A DNA stretch of 64,000 bases from NCBI GenBank assembly GCA_051294375.1, contig CM119264.1, positions 7,566,151 through 7,630,150 of the forward strand. The letters are read 5' to 3'. The position numbers were made by a program, and so were the translations under genes. Positions 12,267-26,500 of this stretch are shown here, piece by piece (position 1 is the stretch's first letter; the number at the start of each line of letters is the position of its first letter). Under the pieces are notes generated by a model. It searched no databases and was not told where the DNA came from. It saw nothing but the letters and a program-made list of their open reading frames with translations. This DNA comes from Paraspadella gotoi. Lineage: Eukaryota > Animalia > Chaetognatha.

Positions 12267-14785
12267 AACAGAGAGAGAAACAGAGAAACAGAGCGAAAGC
12301 GAAAATGAGTGAGAAAAAGAGATTTATTTCACGATTAAAAAAAAAAATCTGCGCCAGAAAATCATTACGAGACACGTAAGTGAAAAGCGGAAACCGAAAG
12401 TTGTTTTGACGCGAATAAATCGAGCGAAGGGAAAATGGGGAAAGACCAGCGTCGATCGTCAAGTGGAGAAGGGCGATCGTCAAGTGGAGGGAAGGGCGAT
12501 CGTCAAGTTGGAGAAGGGTGAATCGTCAAGTGGAGGGAAGGGCGATCGTCAAGTGGGAGAAGGGCGATCGCTCGTGGGGGAAGGGCGATCGTCACGTAGG
12601 AGAAGGGCGATCATCGAGGAGGGAAGGGCGATCGTCACGTAGGAGAAGGGCGATCGTTCGTGGAGGGAAAGGCGATTGTTGCGGGGGAAAAGGCGATCGT
12701 CGTGGCGAGAAGGGCGTCATCATCACGTGGAGAAGGGCGATCGTTCGTGAGGGAAGGGCGGGAAAGATTTGTGGGCAGTTGTTGCGGGGGAAAAGGGCGA
12801 TTGTCGTGGAGGGAAAGGGCGATCGTCACATAGGAGAAGGGCGATCGTCGTGGAGGCAAGGGTGATCGTCAAGTGGGAGAAAGGGTGATCGTCGTGGAGG
12901 GAAAGGCGATCGTCCACGTAGGAGAAGGGCGATCATCGGTGGAGGGAAAGGCGATTGTTGCGGAGGGAAAAGGGTGATCGTCGTGGCAGGAAGGGCGATC
13001 GTACAAGTGGGAGAAGGGCGATCGTCGTGGAGGAAGAGGGCGATCGTCACGTAGGAGAAGGGCGATTCGTCGTGGAGGGAAAGGGCGATTGTTGCAGGGA
13101 AAAGGGTCGATCGTCGTGGCGAGAAGGGCGATCATCACGTGGAGAAGGGCGATCGTTCGATGGAGGGAAGGGCGGGAAAGATTGTGTTTCTCGGAAGAAA
13201 AATATCAGGTCAGTCAATGTGGTAGGACTAACAATGCCAGGATCTGGTTAAGTTATAATTAATTAGTCATTAAAAATTTAATTAATGATCGTTGACATGT
13301 TTGTTTTTTAAGTCTTTTCGTCACTGACCACGACAAAAGCAACTAAGAGGAAGATGGGGCGATTGGGGCATGAGCGACAATAACGCCGATAACGATTAAT
13401 TGATTGACTTACTTGATTGATAGATTGAGTGAATAATTAAATAATGATAAATAAAGTGATATGATTGAAATAATTATTTAACAGATAAAAAATTAATTGA
13501 TTGAGAAATTAATTGATTGATAGATGAATGAATAATAAAATAATTATTGCTTAATAATTGAACTAATTGATTAGTTAACTAATTAAATATAGATTAAATA
13601 ATATATCATTGCATTTAATTTAATATTAAAGAAAAAAGAAGCAAAATCAATTAGTGATGAAGTTTTTTTTCCCTTTAAACTCATTTCCACTCGGAGGATA
13701 TTCAATCGAAACTTGATTTCCGGCTTATAATCACCATACTTTCCTAACCACATAACAAAATTTCAAGTACAATCGACCAAAACAATCATATGAGTAATAT
13801 GGCGTTCAAAAGCTAAGGGGGAGACGGTCAGAACGGACATCAATTTTTTTTTCCCATAATTAATCATAAATTTCGATGTTCTGACATGATTTAACTTACT
13901 TACCTACAAGATTGGTGGGGGCGACGACAGGACGACAGAGTGAATTATAAGAAACGGAATCCTGCCGTTAAGCAGATCCGACTAAAAAAAACGATTACAT
14001 TAAAACCAGGATAAAAAACGCCCCACCACCTGTCCCAAAGATTTCTTTTCACAAAAGGCTCAACCGTCCTCAATGGAAACGGAATATATCAAAAAAAGTT
14101 TTTCTGGTTCCATTTTGAAAGGGCGTGACCGAGTGAGAAAAAACGCAGTGAGAAGAACGAAGGAGTAAACACCGAAAAAACTCAGTGAAAAGGCAAAGTT
14201 TTGACTTTGGCGAGGAGGCGGTAAATCTCCACGTTCGTCGACCCTTTTTTAGAGTCGAGGAGACGAGAAGGCGGCATAGTGAAGGGGGGGGGAGAAGAGA
14301 TGCGTACCGCTTTCGGACACGCTGCGGTTAACAGCGCGTGTCCACGTTCTCCGGAGACCCGGCCGCTTATAAATCTCCTAAATCGTTAAACGCCGCGCGC
14401 TTTAATACTTCGGAGAGAGACGCATATTTTTGGATCAAGGAGTGCGATAAAGAGCGTTTCAGAAAATCAGATTAACTTTTTTAAAAAGCCCCACTTCTGA
14501 ATCTGGTGACGTGAAAAAAATCGGAAATAGCCGGGTGTTGCCTGTGATAGAATCGGATGAACTAAAATATCAAATTTGAAATCACCATCCAATTTCCGGC
14601 TAATTAAGGAGATTATTTTCCCGACAGGGGCGTGCTGCTATCTAAAATAATCCCATCTAAGTAGCGCCATTTTGAATCGTTTATCCCATCTATGGTGAAT
14701 TGAGGTGATCACTGAAATAGTTATTCGCGTCCGGTCAGAGTTCAAATTCGTAGAAATAAAAATTGACCCTTCAGCGGTCGTATAT
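11385..14785 (-). repeat. Large inverted copy of 1220-5105 (continues in degraded form to about 15250, matching about 880)
   Basis: End points match in reverse complement (5080-5105 with 11385-11410; 1221-1242 with 14764-14785); differences are mostly 1-nt indels. Confidence 0.92.
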
Positions 14786-15502
14786 ACTTATCTCTCTCAC
14801 CATCTCTCTCTCTCTCAGTCATCTCTCTCTCTACTCTTCTCTGCTTCTCCCTCATTTCTTCTATTTTCTTCTCTCTATTTCTCCGACAAATCTTCTCTCA
14901 CGTCACGACCAGTACAATCTTCCGCTTCAATTTCCCTTAAAATCAATATTTTTCCCTCAGGTGTGTTTATTCTTCGAGCGGTTGAACTCGGTGATTCCTT
15001 TCGAACATTTTGGAGAGTGAACTCAGTTATTATGTTTCTCACCGTCAGTTCATCTTACTACTCGCACCCCTTTTCTCTTCTCTCATTCTCTCTCTCTATC
15101 TCTCTCTCAGAGACACTCCTCATGTAATCTCATCTCATCTCTCTCTCTTCCCTTCCTTCTCTCTCTTCGCTCTCGACTCCCATCCTCTCATCTCTCGATC
15201 TCTCTCCTCACTCTCATCCTCTGCTCACTCTCATCGATTCTCATACCCTCGCCTCTCAATCACAATTGTAAGTTATGAGACAGATGCAAGTATATTGTTG
15301 AATCATTATATTTTTACTTAAATCCGTTTCTGCCTTAAAAATATCCGCCGCTAAGATATCTCTTTTCACAATATTAGTCTTTGTGAAAAGCCTTTGCCGA
15401 TTAAATCCGATCGCCCTCATTGCAATACGTCTGGACGCAACGACGTCGCAAGTCGTCGCCTCTCGACTCAAATCTTCTTTCGATGCTCTTTTTTTTTTTC
15501 AG

Positions 15503-16185
15503 CTTCTGGGAAGGAGGCGAATATCGCTTAACGATCGACGACGCCGGATTTTGTCGGCTGGAAGAGACGACGCCGCCGCCGACGCCGTTTCTCCCGATTC
15601 TCTACGCCTTCCTCGTTTTAGCGGCGGCGCCTCTTCTTTGCGAGGCGCTCCCCCGGATGTGGAAGATGATCAGTGAGTCCGAGTCAAGAGATTAATGCCG
15701 GCGGCGTCTTTCTTCCCACCGCATCAACCACAGAAACAAACCAAGTCTCCCATTTCCTTTCAGAGAGCGCCATTGCGTCGCATCGAAACGCCCTTTCCGA
15801 AAGCGCTAAAAGAAGAGCTCAAGTGGAAATGGAATCTGGAAACAGAAAATCGGAAGGCGCGGCGACACCGAGGACACCGGCGTCGTCCGGCGACTCCTCG
15901 TCGCCGGCGTCGTCGGGCGTCGAATCCACGACCGGAAGTCGCTCCACCGTCGCCACCGACGTCGACGATGAAGCCGACAAAGCCGCAGCTTCAGCGTCCG
16001 ACTTGTCGCCCGTCGTCCCTGGAAACGCCGCCGGGAAAAATCGGATATCGGGGGCCGCCGCAGCCGCCGCCGGCGCAGCCGAGCGGAAAGACGCTAAGAA
16101 TGACGCCACTTCCGGTAGGTGGAAACAACGGGGGGAAGAGTAGAGAGAGAGAGAGAAAAAAGTGAGAGAGAAAGAGAGAGGAGAG

Positions 16186-16222
<37 letters not shown>

Positions 16223-18538
16223 CATCGCGCGTGGGCGCGGACTTTTTATGAAGCAAGTTAACGCACCTGTGCCTGTTAAATTATGACCGATTATGGACTT
16301 TTCATACGTTTAAGCGTTGATAAGACACGGAATGATTTTAAATGATCGCTTTTATCGGATTAAATTATTCATTGATCACTTGAGTAATTTTTGTAGTTGA
16401 TATATAAAAAAACTTTTTTTTAAAAAAACGTTACAAAAAAGAAATGATAGAGTAATATTTCTAAAAAAACCAAATAATAATGAACTACTTTTTTAGAAAG
16501 GTCTAACCTTTAGACATCAATTGGAAACGAAATAATTCATTCTTTCTCTCCTTTATTTTCCATTTTTGCTTTGCTTCCTGTTTCTTTTTTCTCCTAGTCA
16601 ATTATTCACAATGTTTTCTCTTTTTTTTTTCATTATTCTGAGGGTTTTTTTTTGTTTGACATTATTTAAGGTGGTCTATGGCGATGACCTCATTAACACC
16701 AAGCACAATTACCACCCGAAAAAGATTAATAACCATTGAATTACCAAGGCAAACAAACTTCATTTTTTTCGGTTAGTTTAAATCTTTTGGATAAAAACAT
16801 TAAATTTTTAAAATTTAAAGAAATTTACCTGAAGATTTTTTTCGCACTCAACAAACTTCAACAAATAAGATTGTTGTAACCGAATACCGTCGTTAAATAT
16901 TGAGAAAAACATAATGAGACTACTTTAATATGCAAATTGAATATTGTTGCGACGTCAAGCGAGGTCTCACCTGACTCTCTCTTTCCTCTTTTTTTTCGTT
17001 TGATCGGATGAGAAGATGAAATTTAGATTTGCTTCTGCTTTGATCCAGGATTCATTCCTTGTTTAACGTTTATGCCATTTCCAAAATCGGTCACCTTGAG
17101 TACCGTATCCGCTAGACGGTGGATAGACGCTAACAGCCCCTCTCGCGACGCGCTTGAGCGTTTCTCCGTCTCCTTTTTTTCTTCTTGCGTTTATCCGTCC
17201 GGCGTTAACCTCACACACCCCATTTGACGAAAAAGATGAGGTAGATGGCGCAAAGAGCAGGTGCGTCGGCGCACTGTAAGTCGGCAGCTGCTGCTTCGAC
17301 GGACCAGGCAGCGTTCTATTTTACATTTGATGATCCTCTCTATTATCTTACCTTTCTTAGCTTATCTCTCTATACTTACCCATTTATTGACTTGCGGGAT
17401 TGTTGACATAATAATATATATCTCACCAAGAACGAAGTAACGACATTCCATCCTGACGATGGTCGTCCTCTAAGTCGTCGTTTTCTTCCTACACTTATAC
17501 ATTAACTTTAATGGTTACCATTTATCACTATTATCCCTTTTATGACAAACTTCGCGCCGAGTAGATGGCCGGAGCTCACCTGAGTCTTGATTTTGAAATA
17601 GAGATAGAGAGGAAGGAGGTGAGATAGAGAGGGAAAGGGAGAATCCGAGAAAAGAAAGAAAGACTTCCAACGACAAAAGACATTAGTTAAAAACGACAGT
17701 GATGATATAAATAGTTTAGAGGCCTCCAATTTCCCCAAAACGACCAATGACAAATCAGCGAAAAAAAAGAATTGAATAGTCGAGTTACAAAAGGAAAAAA
17801 AAAAAGAATTAATTTAAAAAAGAAAAAGGTAGGAGGTAAAGAAAGAGAAACAACAAAGAGATCAACGCAAACGCCCAAGATTGAATTTCTAAATCGGCGC
17901 GATTAGGGCGGAGCCGAGACGAGGCAGTCTCGTAACCATGGCAACGGTAAAGATGGAGGAAGAGGGTGATGTGAATACTGAATAAGCGGTAGAGATGGTG
18001 GCAAATTAGATAAGGCCAAAAAAAATGACTGAAATGATAAAAGAGAAAGGATAGAAGCAAAAGAAGCAGTTTTAATTGAGAAAATTGACAAATGCAGAAA
18101 TCTGTGAAAGACTGCGAAACTGCATCATGCATTGGGATCAAATTGGTTTTAATTAATATATTAAGAGAGAAAATTTAAAAGAAAGAGGATTATAATTTAT
18201 ATAATTTATATAATTTATATAATTTATATGAAAAATACGAAATGAAATGTTAATATAACCAAAAAGCGTTTTTCTCTTTATTTTTATCATTAGGAAAGAA
18301 AGAAAAAGAAAAATCTGGCGGAAAAACTAAACGTAAGCGAGTGGAGTCTCTCGACACTTTTCGCGGGCTCAGCATTGTGCTCATGGTGAGTGGGTCATTC
18401 TATGGGTTAAGTGACATCTGTGTTTAGTTTTACTGTGAATGTAGGTGAAATTTTTGGATATTTTTTCTATAATCGAATAATTGGTGGTTTTAAAGTGAAA
18501 TGATACGTATTTTCAACGACGTTGAAATTATTTATTCT

Positions 18539-18622
<84 letters not shown>

Positions 18623-19881
18623 CTCTCTCTCCTTCCCTTTCCCTTCAGATCTTCGTCAACTACGGCGGCGGTGGATACGCCTTCTTCGAACACGCCCCCT
18701 GGGACGGCGTCCACCTGGCGGATTTTGTTTTTCCGTGGTTCATCTGGATCATGGGCGTTTCAATGGCGTTCGCCATCCGAGGCGCCGTCAAGAAGGGAAT
18801 ATCGAAGTAAGCGAACGAAAAAAAAATTCAAAAACTCTCGCCTGAGTTTAATACGCACTAAAATGGCGATTGTGTTGGCCTAAGATAAAAAAAAAAAACT
18901 GGATAAATTGAAGTGTGAGGTGTGAATCCTTTGGAAAGCGATTATTTTTTACGTGACGAAAAGAAGAGAAAATCGAAGGCGTCGACGGCATCCTCTATGG
19001 AATTCGACGCCAGCTTATCTTTGACGAGCGCCTGTTGCGAAGCCGGCGCCCTTTTGTTTTTTTGTTTTTTTGTTTTTTTTTTTTTAAAGAATCGATGACA
19101 GATTTTTTTAAACTCGTGATGGAAGGAGATTAGATTTTGTCACCTCTGACTATCTTGCTTTAAAATAGTTCCTTTTAATCCTTTTTACTATGACGACGTC
19201 TCAATCTTATCAAGAAGGATAAATTTTGTCAAATGAGTAAAACGCGTTGAAAAATTAAGAGCACTGCATGAACACTGTTGAACAGATCCTGAAATCAATC
19301 ACATTTACATCTTTCAAAAATGTTTCAAATCTTAATTTTGAGTTTATATCAATCAACTATAAGGTACGTAATTATCCAAAAACAAATATTGCTGAACATT
19401 GAACAAGTTGGAAGACAGGACGAGAGAGAATGATTATTAAAGAATTGACGGTGATTGTTAAGAAAAAAATCCTGATTTTCTTTCGTCTTTTATCCTTACC
19501 ATGTGTCCGCCAATTATTACGATTCTCATTACATTTTCTTTCAACCCATCCTTCCTCTCCACCTGCTCCATCCCCACGCCCACTCCTCCTTCAGGAAACG
19601 CCTGGTCAGCGTCGTCTTCGTCCGCACCCTCAAACTCTTCTTCCTCGGCATCGTCCTCAACACCGCCGGCGGGTGGGTCGAGTTGTCCGGCCTCCGCATC
19701 CCCGGGGTGCTGCAGCGGTTCGCCGCCGCGTACGGGATGCTGGCGGGACTCGAAATCATCTTCGCCGGGTGAGGTCGTCGTCGTTGTTGTTGTTGTCATC
19801 GTTTTTTTATTTCTTTACCTTTTCTCTTCCATATTTTGTTTCTTTAGTATTTTTAATTAATCTATCTGACTTTCCGTGTTT

Positions 19882-19920
<39 letters not shown>

Positions 19921-22063
19921 GAGGGTCCTATGCTTTGAGTTCTTTTAGTTTTAATCGTAAATTCTTGTCGAGAAAACAAAGAAATACGATTTGATTAATG
20001 AATGGATGTTTTTATTTTTTCAGTTCATATGTTGCCATCGTTTATTTTTAGTTTCGCCGCGAGTACTCGCGGAGCAACTCTACAAGTCACTTTTTGTCGG
20101 TCTCTCGGTCCGTCCGTCCGTCGGTATGTCTGGCCCTCGGTCTGTCCCACTTTCGTTAAAAACAATATTATTCGCATTAAATCCTTAAATCTAAGAGACT
20201 GCAAGCGCCGTCTTCAGGAATTCCTAAAACTATAAATAATAAATACACGGGCAAAGAAAATTTTTTTAGTCATGTCATGTCATGTCGGATCATCGACACG
20301 GGCTCGTTTTTCCCGATGGCATGAAGCCCCTCTTCTCATTGGTCTATTCCGACCGTAATTCATCCAATCGTCGAGTCCTTGGCGGATTCCATCCGAGTCG
20401 CGGATCCCATTCCCTTTTCGGTTCTGATTCCTTCCGCGATGTGATCGAAGGAAAATACAGGAAATAAAGTCACTGCGGCGCAACACATTGAAATTCCCGT
20501 TCTTGTTTATAGATTTTCCGAGCGATGAAAGGACCAACCCTTACCTTTATGGTTACGGCGGAGATTTGATCGATGGAATTTGAGTCCGACTTTGTTGCTG
20601 TTGTTGTTGTTGATGATTCCAGGTGGTTTTCCCTACGACGACGACGACGACGACGACGACGTCTGCGTTGATGAAGAGCGTCTCTCACTTCGTCGCCTGA
20701 TTAATCAAGTCTGCATCGTTGATGGTTGAAATAATCAGAGTAAACGGGTCCTCGCTTGTTTTGTCATTTCGAGAAGGAGGCTTCATTAATGACTGATGGG
20801 TGATGTCATGTTATATGCCACGTTATGCCAGCTATACTATGTAAAACCAAGTGATGCCATTTGATTCCTTAAGACGCCACTAGTGCTATGTAATGTCAGT
20901 AATGCCAGTGAGGAGACGTATTTCCTTTAAAACAAAATCCGTTGCAGTTTTCGCTTCCGTTGGTTTTGAAATAGAAGGGAAAAAAATGTAATCAAAATGA
21001 AGAGACAGAAAAGCGACTTAGAAGTTAGATTCGTTGAAAGAAAGAACCATACGTCACTTGCATCCGCCAGATTTCTCTTTCAAACTTTTTTTCTTTCCTC
21101 GTTTCCTCAAAAAAAAAAAAATCTGAGAATTCCGTTTCTTTTCGCCCATTTTTTTTTTCACGAAAATTTCAACTCACACTCTCTCTCTTAAGTCTCATGT
21201 TCACGGTTAAATCTTCTTCTTTTATGGCCAACGATCAACTTACGACAACTTCCAACTTAACTGTGTTCAAACGTGAATCATTAGTTAAAAAACTTCTCAA
21301 CTTTTTTTGTGAATCAATTTCAATACGTAATACGTAATTATTTTCTTGGCCTAATACGTTGAAATTGCGAAAACAATGTATTTTCTTGATGAAAAGGAAT
21401 AACAATTTTAAATTATTACTTAAAATAGCCTAAATAATCATTTGGTAGGTGCGGTTTGTGTATTCTAATTATATTACTTATTACTTATTAATTATATTAC
21501 TTTGGCTTCGACTTGGGTAAAGATAAATTGAATTTTATTATTAGCTGTCATTTGCTATTGAACACGGGGTACGAGTTGTCACTTTCCTCATTCATATAAT
21601 CTTACATTTCTTTCTTTCTCCTACTTCTCACTCTCAACACGATCTCTTTTTTCCCCACATCCCCTACTTCTTCCCTTCACCTTCTCCCCTTCTCCAGGAT
21701 GGACGACGCCCCAGTCTCTCGCGACTCCCACTTCCGGTTTTTCGTCGACATCATCGCGTCGTGGCCGATGTGGGTCGTCAACCTCGCTCTCGTCTTCCTT
21801 CATCTCGCTATTACATACGGACTTCCGGTGCCCGGATGTCCCACGGGATACGTGGGTGAGAAGATTCTCGAAGATGAAGATGGGAAATTGTGTCGAAATG
21901 TGGGGGGGGGAGAGATTGAAGAGAAAAAGAAAAAGAAAGAAGAGAAGAGAGAAAAATAGTGGAAAAGAAAATAAAAAAGAAAACAAAGCCAAAAATAAGG
22001 TAATGAGAAGAAAGAGGACGTATTATAAAAAGATAAATAAGAAACGCAAAAAAAGTACCCTGA

Positions 22064-22131
<68 letters not shown>

Positions 22132-24769
22132 AAAGTAAGAAACAAAAGACAAAATGAGAACGGAATAGAAAAGACAAAGAAAGAAAAGAAAAAAGAAGAA
22201 AGGAAAAGACAGAGGAAAAGAGTTGTCGGACGATACAGTAAAATTTCAATTCTTTGCGGCAATGAGTAGATTTGATTGCCTCTGATTGTGATTTTCTTTC
22301 CTCAGGTCCCGGCGGTCTCCACGACGGAGCGCGCCACTGGAACTGCACAGGTGGCGCTGCGGGTTACGTCGACAAACTCTTTTACGGCGTCAACCACATT
22401 TACCAAAATCCCACCGTCAAGATTCTTTACAGGACAGAAGAGCCTTTCGACCCTGAAGGACTTTTGGGTGGGTGTCTATATAGCAAGAGTTGATTGGATT
22501 TACATATTTTTAGGGATAAATAATTTGTAACTTTAATAAAAAAAAAACCCACAGAAATGCAAATCATTAATTTTCTTTCACGCAATTTTTTTTTGGTTTC
22601 CATTTTCGTCCGCCAGGGAATCTGACGTCGATTTTCCTCACTTTCCTCGGCGTCGTCGCCGGTCGCGTCATAGTTTTTTACTCGGACACGAGGGGACGCT
22701 TGACACGCTTCGCCGCTTGGGGCGTGGTCCTCTGTCTCCTCACTGTCGTTCTGTGTCAGGTGCGTAAATGAAAAGTTAGTTGAGTTGATTTTTACCACTG
22801 TAAATTATACCTAATGTATTTAATAAATGATTTGTAAATGTCGCCGAATCATTGATATTTATCCTTGCGCAAGTTTTGATAACGTTCATCATGGGCTGTA
22901 AGATGAGACTCTAAGGCATCACGAATGAATTTCGTTTTCAGTTTTATTCTGTTATCAAATATGTCGATAAAGGAAACCGCCATTTCTCCCTTAGATAGAC
23001 TTTCTTTCTCCCTCGAGGGAAGAGGAATTTCCTAAATGATCCTTCGAATAAAATTTTCAAATTCTCGCGCCACAAAGTTTCGCCAAAATTTTTTTCGTTT
23101 TCGCCCACGACAAAAATTCTTTCACTTTTCTTCTTCCCAAATTTTTTTTAAGATTCAATTTTCTTAGGTCGATCAACTTTGTAAATTCTCAATTCGATTC
23201 TGAGACGTCTTGTTCTGTGCTCGAGGCAAATATCCCCTTACATCCCCGCCTTACTCCATCTTCTCCCCCCCCACCCACCTCCATCACCTTTCTCTCTCTC
23301 AAATGCATCCCCCACTTTTCATTACCCCCTTTATCTCCAGGGCTCCATGAGCGAAGGCGCTGTCCCCATTAACAAGAACCTTTGGTCCCTGAGCTTCGTG
23401 ACGCTGACGGGGGGCGTGGCTTTCCTGCTGCTGGGGCTGCTCTACTACATCATCGACGTCCGCCGCTTCTGGAGCGGATATCCGCTGCGAGAGGCGGGGA
23501 TGAACGCCATCACGTTATATGTCGGACATCAGGTAAGGGCGAACCTTTTGGGTGAGTTCTGTCGTATTGTGGAGAGGAAAAGATATTAAATAAAGAAAAG
23601 TTAACGAATGAAAGTTACATTTTCTATATTTCCAGACGCTCGATAATATTCGTTCTGAATGTAATAACTCAGAAAATAAAATAAAAAAGATTTGTTTATG
23701 GAAATAACGGCCCGCCGATGCTACGAAAGGGACAATGATAAAAAGTTTATATTTTCTTTTATATTTTTCTCTTTTTCTATCGTTTTTATTTATTTATATT
23801 TAGAAAACTAAACGGTTTAACCTCCTTCATATCGTTTATTCGCTCAGCGTTCATAGAATCTCATAAAATTGAAGATGTTACAACCATCTTTCTTTTTTCC
23901 CTTTTCTCTTCATTTCCGTCCATCTTTTTTTTTCTTTTTCTTTCCCCGCGAAGCAAGAAATTCCATGAAACTCTCTGTTAATGGATTTGCGGCGTCATTC
24001 TCCCTAGACGCTCGTGGAATTTTCAAATGATAATTCACAGTTGCTCAGCGGTTTGAGGGAATTTTTAAATGAGGATTATAAGTATTGTACAGAGCGCGAT
24101 TGTAAAAAAAAAATATATATTGGCGGTGGTTACTTGTTCTATTTGAAGAAAGTTTTGAAAAAGTTTCATGAAAAATGTTTGATAAAGGAATTAACATTTT
24201 TGTTGTAATGAAAAATTTAAATCTTTCGTCTTTATAGAAAAAAAAAATTTTGTTGTCTAAATTTTTCGCTTCGGTTGTTCATTTTTTTTTCTTTTCGAAT
24301 TTTCGTATTTTCGAGCTCGATCTAGCGATTATTTCAACTTACTTTTATCGTAATAAGTATAAAAGTAACTGACTTACTAAATTTCGGTTCCCGCTCACTG
24401 TGCAGCGCAGAGCACCGACTTTTTACAAAGACTTTGGATAAGGTTGTAATCGAGGGCCATAAACGAATGATTAGGGACATAATTATTATATAACTCTTAA
24501 TTGACATAAAAAAGAATAACCGTCTCACATTCATAAAAAAATTGACGAATTTCAGATAAAATGGCGGGAATTGAAATTTATAGTAATTATAATAATAACA
24601 ATAATACTATTAACTATTAACTATTAAGGTTCTGGCCGGTTATTTCCCGATTCGCTGGGCGACGGAAGACACTCACCTTAATTCAATGTTCTTTTCTTGT
24701 TGGGGAACGTTCATCTGGATCTACGTGGCTGTGCTCATGCACGACGCCGGGACATTTATCACCTTGTGA
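15503..24769 (+). CDS. HGSNAT: Heparan-alpha-glucosaminide N-acetyltransferase (lysosomal transmembrane acetyltransferase), 5'-incomplete
   Basis: Ten GT-AG exons with matching phases: 15503-15672, 15764-16114, 18294-18385, 18649-18806, 19595-19768, 21698-21855, 22306-22467, 22617-22759, 23341-23532, 24629-24769(TGA); 1741 nt, about 579 aa. Motifs: FWEGGEYRL..C..PFLPILYAF (end of luminal domain plus TM1), [42 protein letters not shown] (catalytic His region), LRIPGVLQRFA, PGCPTGYVGPGG, NCTGGAAGYVD, FDPEGLLG, PINKNLWSLSF, GMNAITLYVGH. Confidence 0.95.
20045..20165 (+). mobile_element. 5' end of a DINE/HINE-like element inside an HGSNAT intron
   Basis: TTTTTAG, perfect palindrome CCGCGAGTACTCGCGG, then CTCTAC and a (GTCC)n microsatellite; same layout as the element at 1998. 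Confidence 0.35.
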
Positions 24770-25780
24770 ATCTTTTCGGTTCCATTTCGTTCATTCATTG
24801 TTCATTCATCGTTAGTTAACTTTTCGTAATTTTTTTGTTAATATTTTTTGCACAACTCCACATTAAATTCGGTGTCTTATTCGTACCCATAGTCATGTGA
24901 TTAAGTGTCATTTCTGAATAGACAACATTGTTGATGTAACGAGAATTAACAATTTTGAATTTCTTGGATGTGGCCTTAGGAGGCGAGGTAAAAAAATTGG
25001 GAAGCAAAATGAGGCTTCTTATTTTTTCGGTCTTTGATCTTTGACTTTGATCTGACTGAATGCTTTTTGACATTTCGCAGTTGTATTAAACAAACATACC
25101 GTTTTATTATTGTTAAAACATTTCTCAACTGAACTCATGCGTGACGTTGCGAGGCTCCAATTTAAAACAGGAAACAAACAAATTCTAAAATCCAATTAAA
25201 ATATAAAAAAAATAGCCTCTCATGTGGCGAACGGAAATTGTGTTTAGATTTTTTGTCCTCATGCGGTGAAACTTCGTTTGGATTTTTTCGCAGTTGGATA
25301 ATCTTAATGTTTTTTTTTGCGACTCGATTTCTCGGAAATAAAGGCAGAAAGAAAGTCTTTTACCGACTAAGCGCGAAACTAAATCCTCTCCTATTATTTC
25401 CCTTTCTTTTTATACCTTCTTTTTACTTTCTTTTTATTTTTTTTTCCTCTCATTTCCTTTTCTAGGTTTTACTTTCGGTCAGTCATTAACTTTTTATCAC
25501 AGAATTTAATTTCCGGCGTGGGCGCTAAATGGCTCGCAACGGCGCGTCGAGCTCGTTGCGGGCGTCGCCTTCGGGAATTAAGCTAACGCCGATACCGATT
25601 CCGCCTTTGATCGAGCGATAAATTTGAAAGAGGAGCTGTGCGACTTGGCTGACGCAAGGGCGCTTCATATGCTTATTAAGTTGTGGTCTAGTCAACGTCT
25701 GTCTGTCTGTCTCTTTCTTTCTTTCTTTCTTTCTTTCTTTTCCTTTCTTTTCTTTCTTTCTTTCTTTCTTTCTTCTTTCT

Positions 25781-25845
<65 letters not shown>

Positions 25846-26354
25846 TACGTGTTCGCTTTCTTCTTTCTTTTTTCCATATTTCTTTTCTTTTTTTTTTTTT
25901 GTTCCGCGTATTATGTTTTTTTTAAAAGAATAATTATAGACAATTTCCTATTTCATTCTCCAAATGTAATGAGTAACAACTGGATACTCCAGCACCATCG
26001 TTGGAAATGACGCCACCGACGCCGCCTCAGATTTCGGCGCCACCGAAATGACTCCGGTTAATCAACGCCTCCTTCGGCCCCATTACATTTTAAAGAAACT
26101 CGAATCGAGTTTTTTTAATCGCTTTATCTTCACTTCAAATATTTTTTTTTGTTTTCCTGCGATGCGATCGTCATCCTTATTTTCTCTGTTATTATTTTGT
26201 CCCTTGTCGCACACTATTCACTTAATATCAATTTAATATTATCATTTATTCATATCTTTTAAATCTTTCATTTTCTGCTCTATCTTAATTTTTTTTTCTT
26301 TTCTTTTTTTCCCCCTTTTTTTCTTTTCCACTCTTTCCAACCTCCCATCTCCCG

Positions 26355-26500
26355 AAAAAAAGGCCATTTTTGTGCCAAGGGTGCGGAAACGGCGTTGGGT
26401 TAAGCCGAGGGTGAAAAATTGGCCATTCTTTTATCCAGGGGTGAGAAAATGGTCTTCGTTTCTTCCAGGGGTGAGGAAATGGTCATAGAAAAATGGCTGG
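26355..26500. repeat. Short degenerate ~32-bp tandem repeat (CCAGGGGTGAGAAAATGGTC core)
   Basis: Four spaced GGGTG(A/C)(G/A).AA cores followed by GG(T/C)C-like sequence. Confidence 0.5.

Noticed and set aside
17095-17275. Possible minus-strand exon inside an HGSNAT intron
   Set aside because: Splice-like ends and one open frame exist, but there is no recognisable protein or partner exon.
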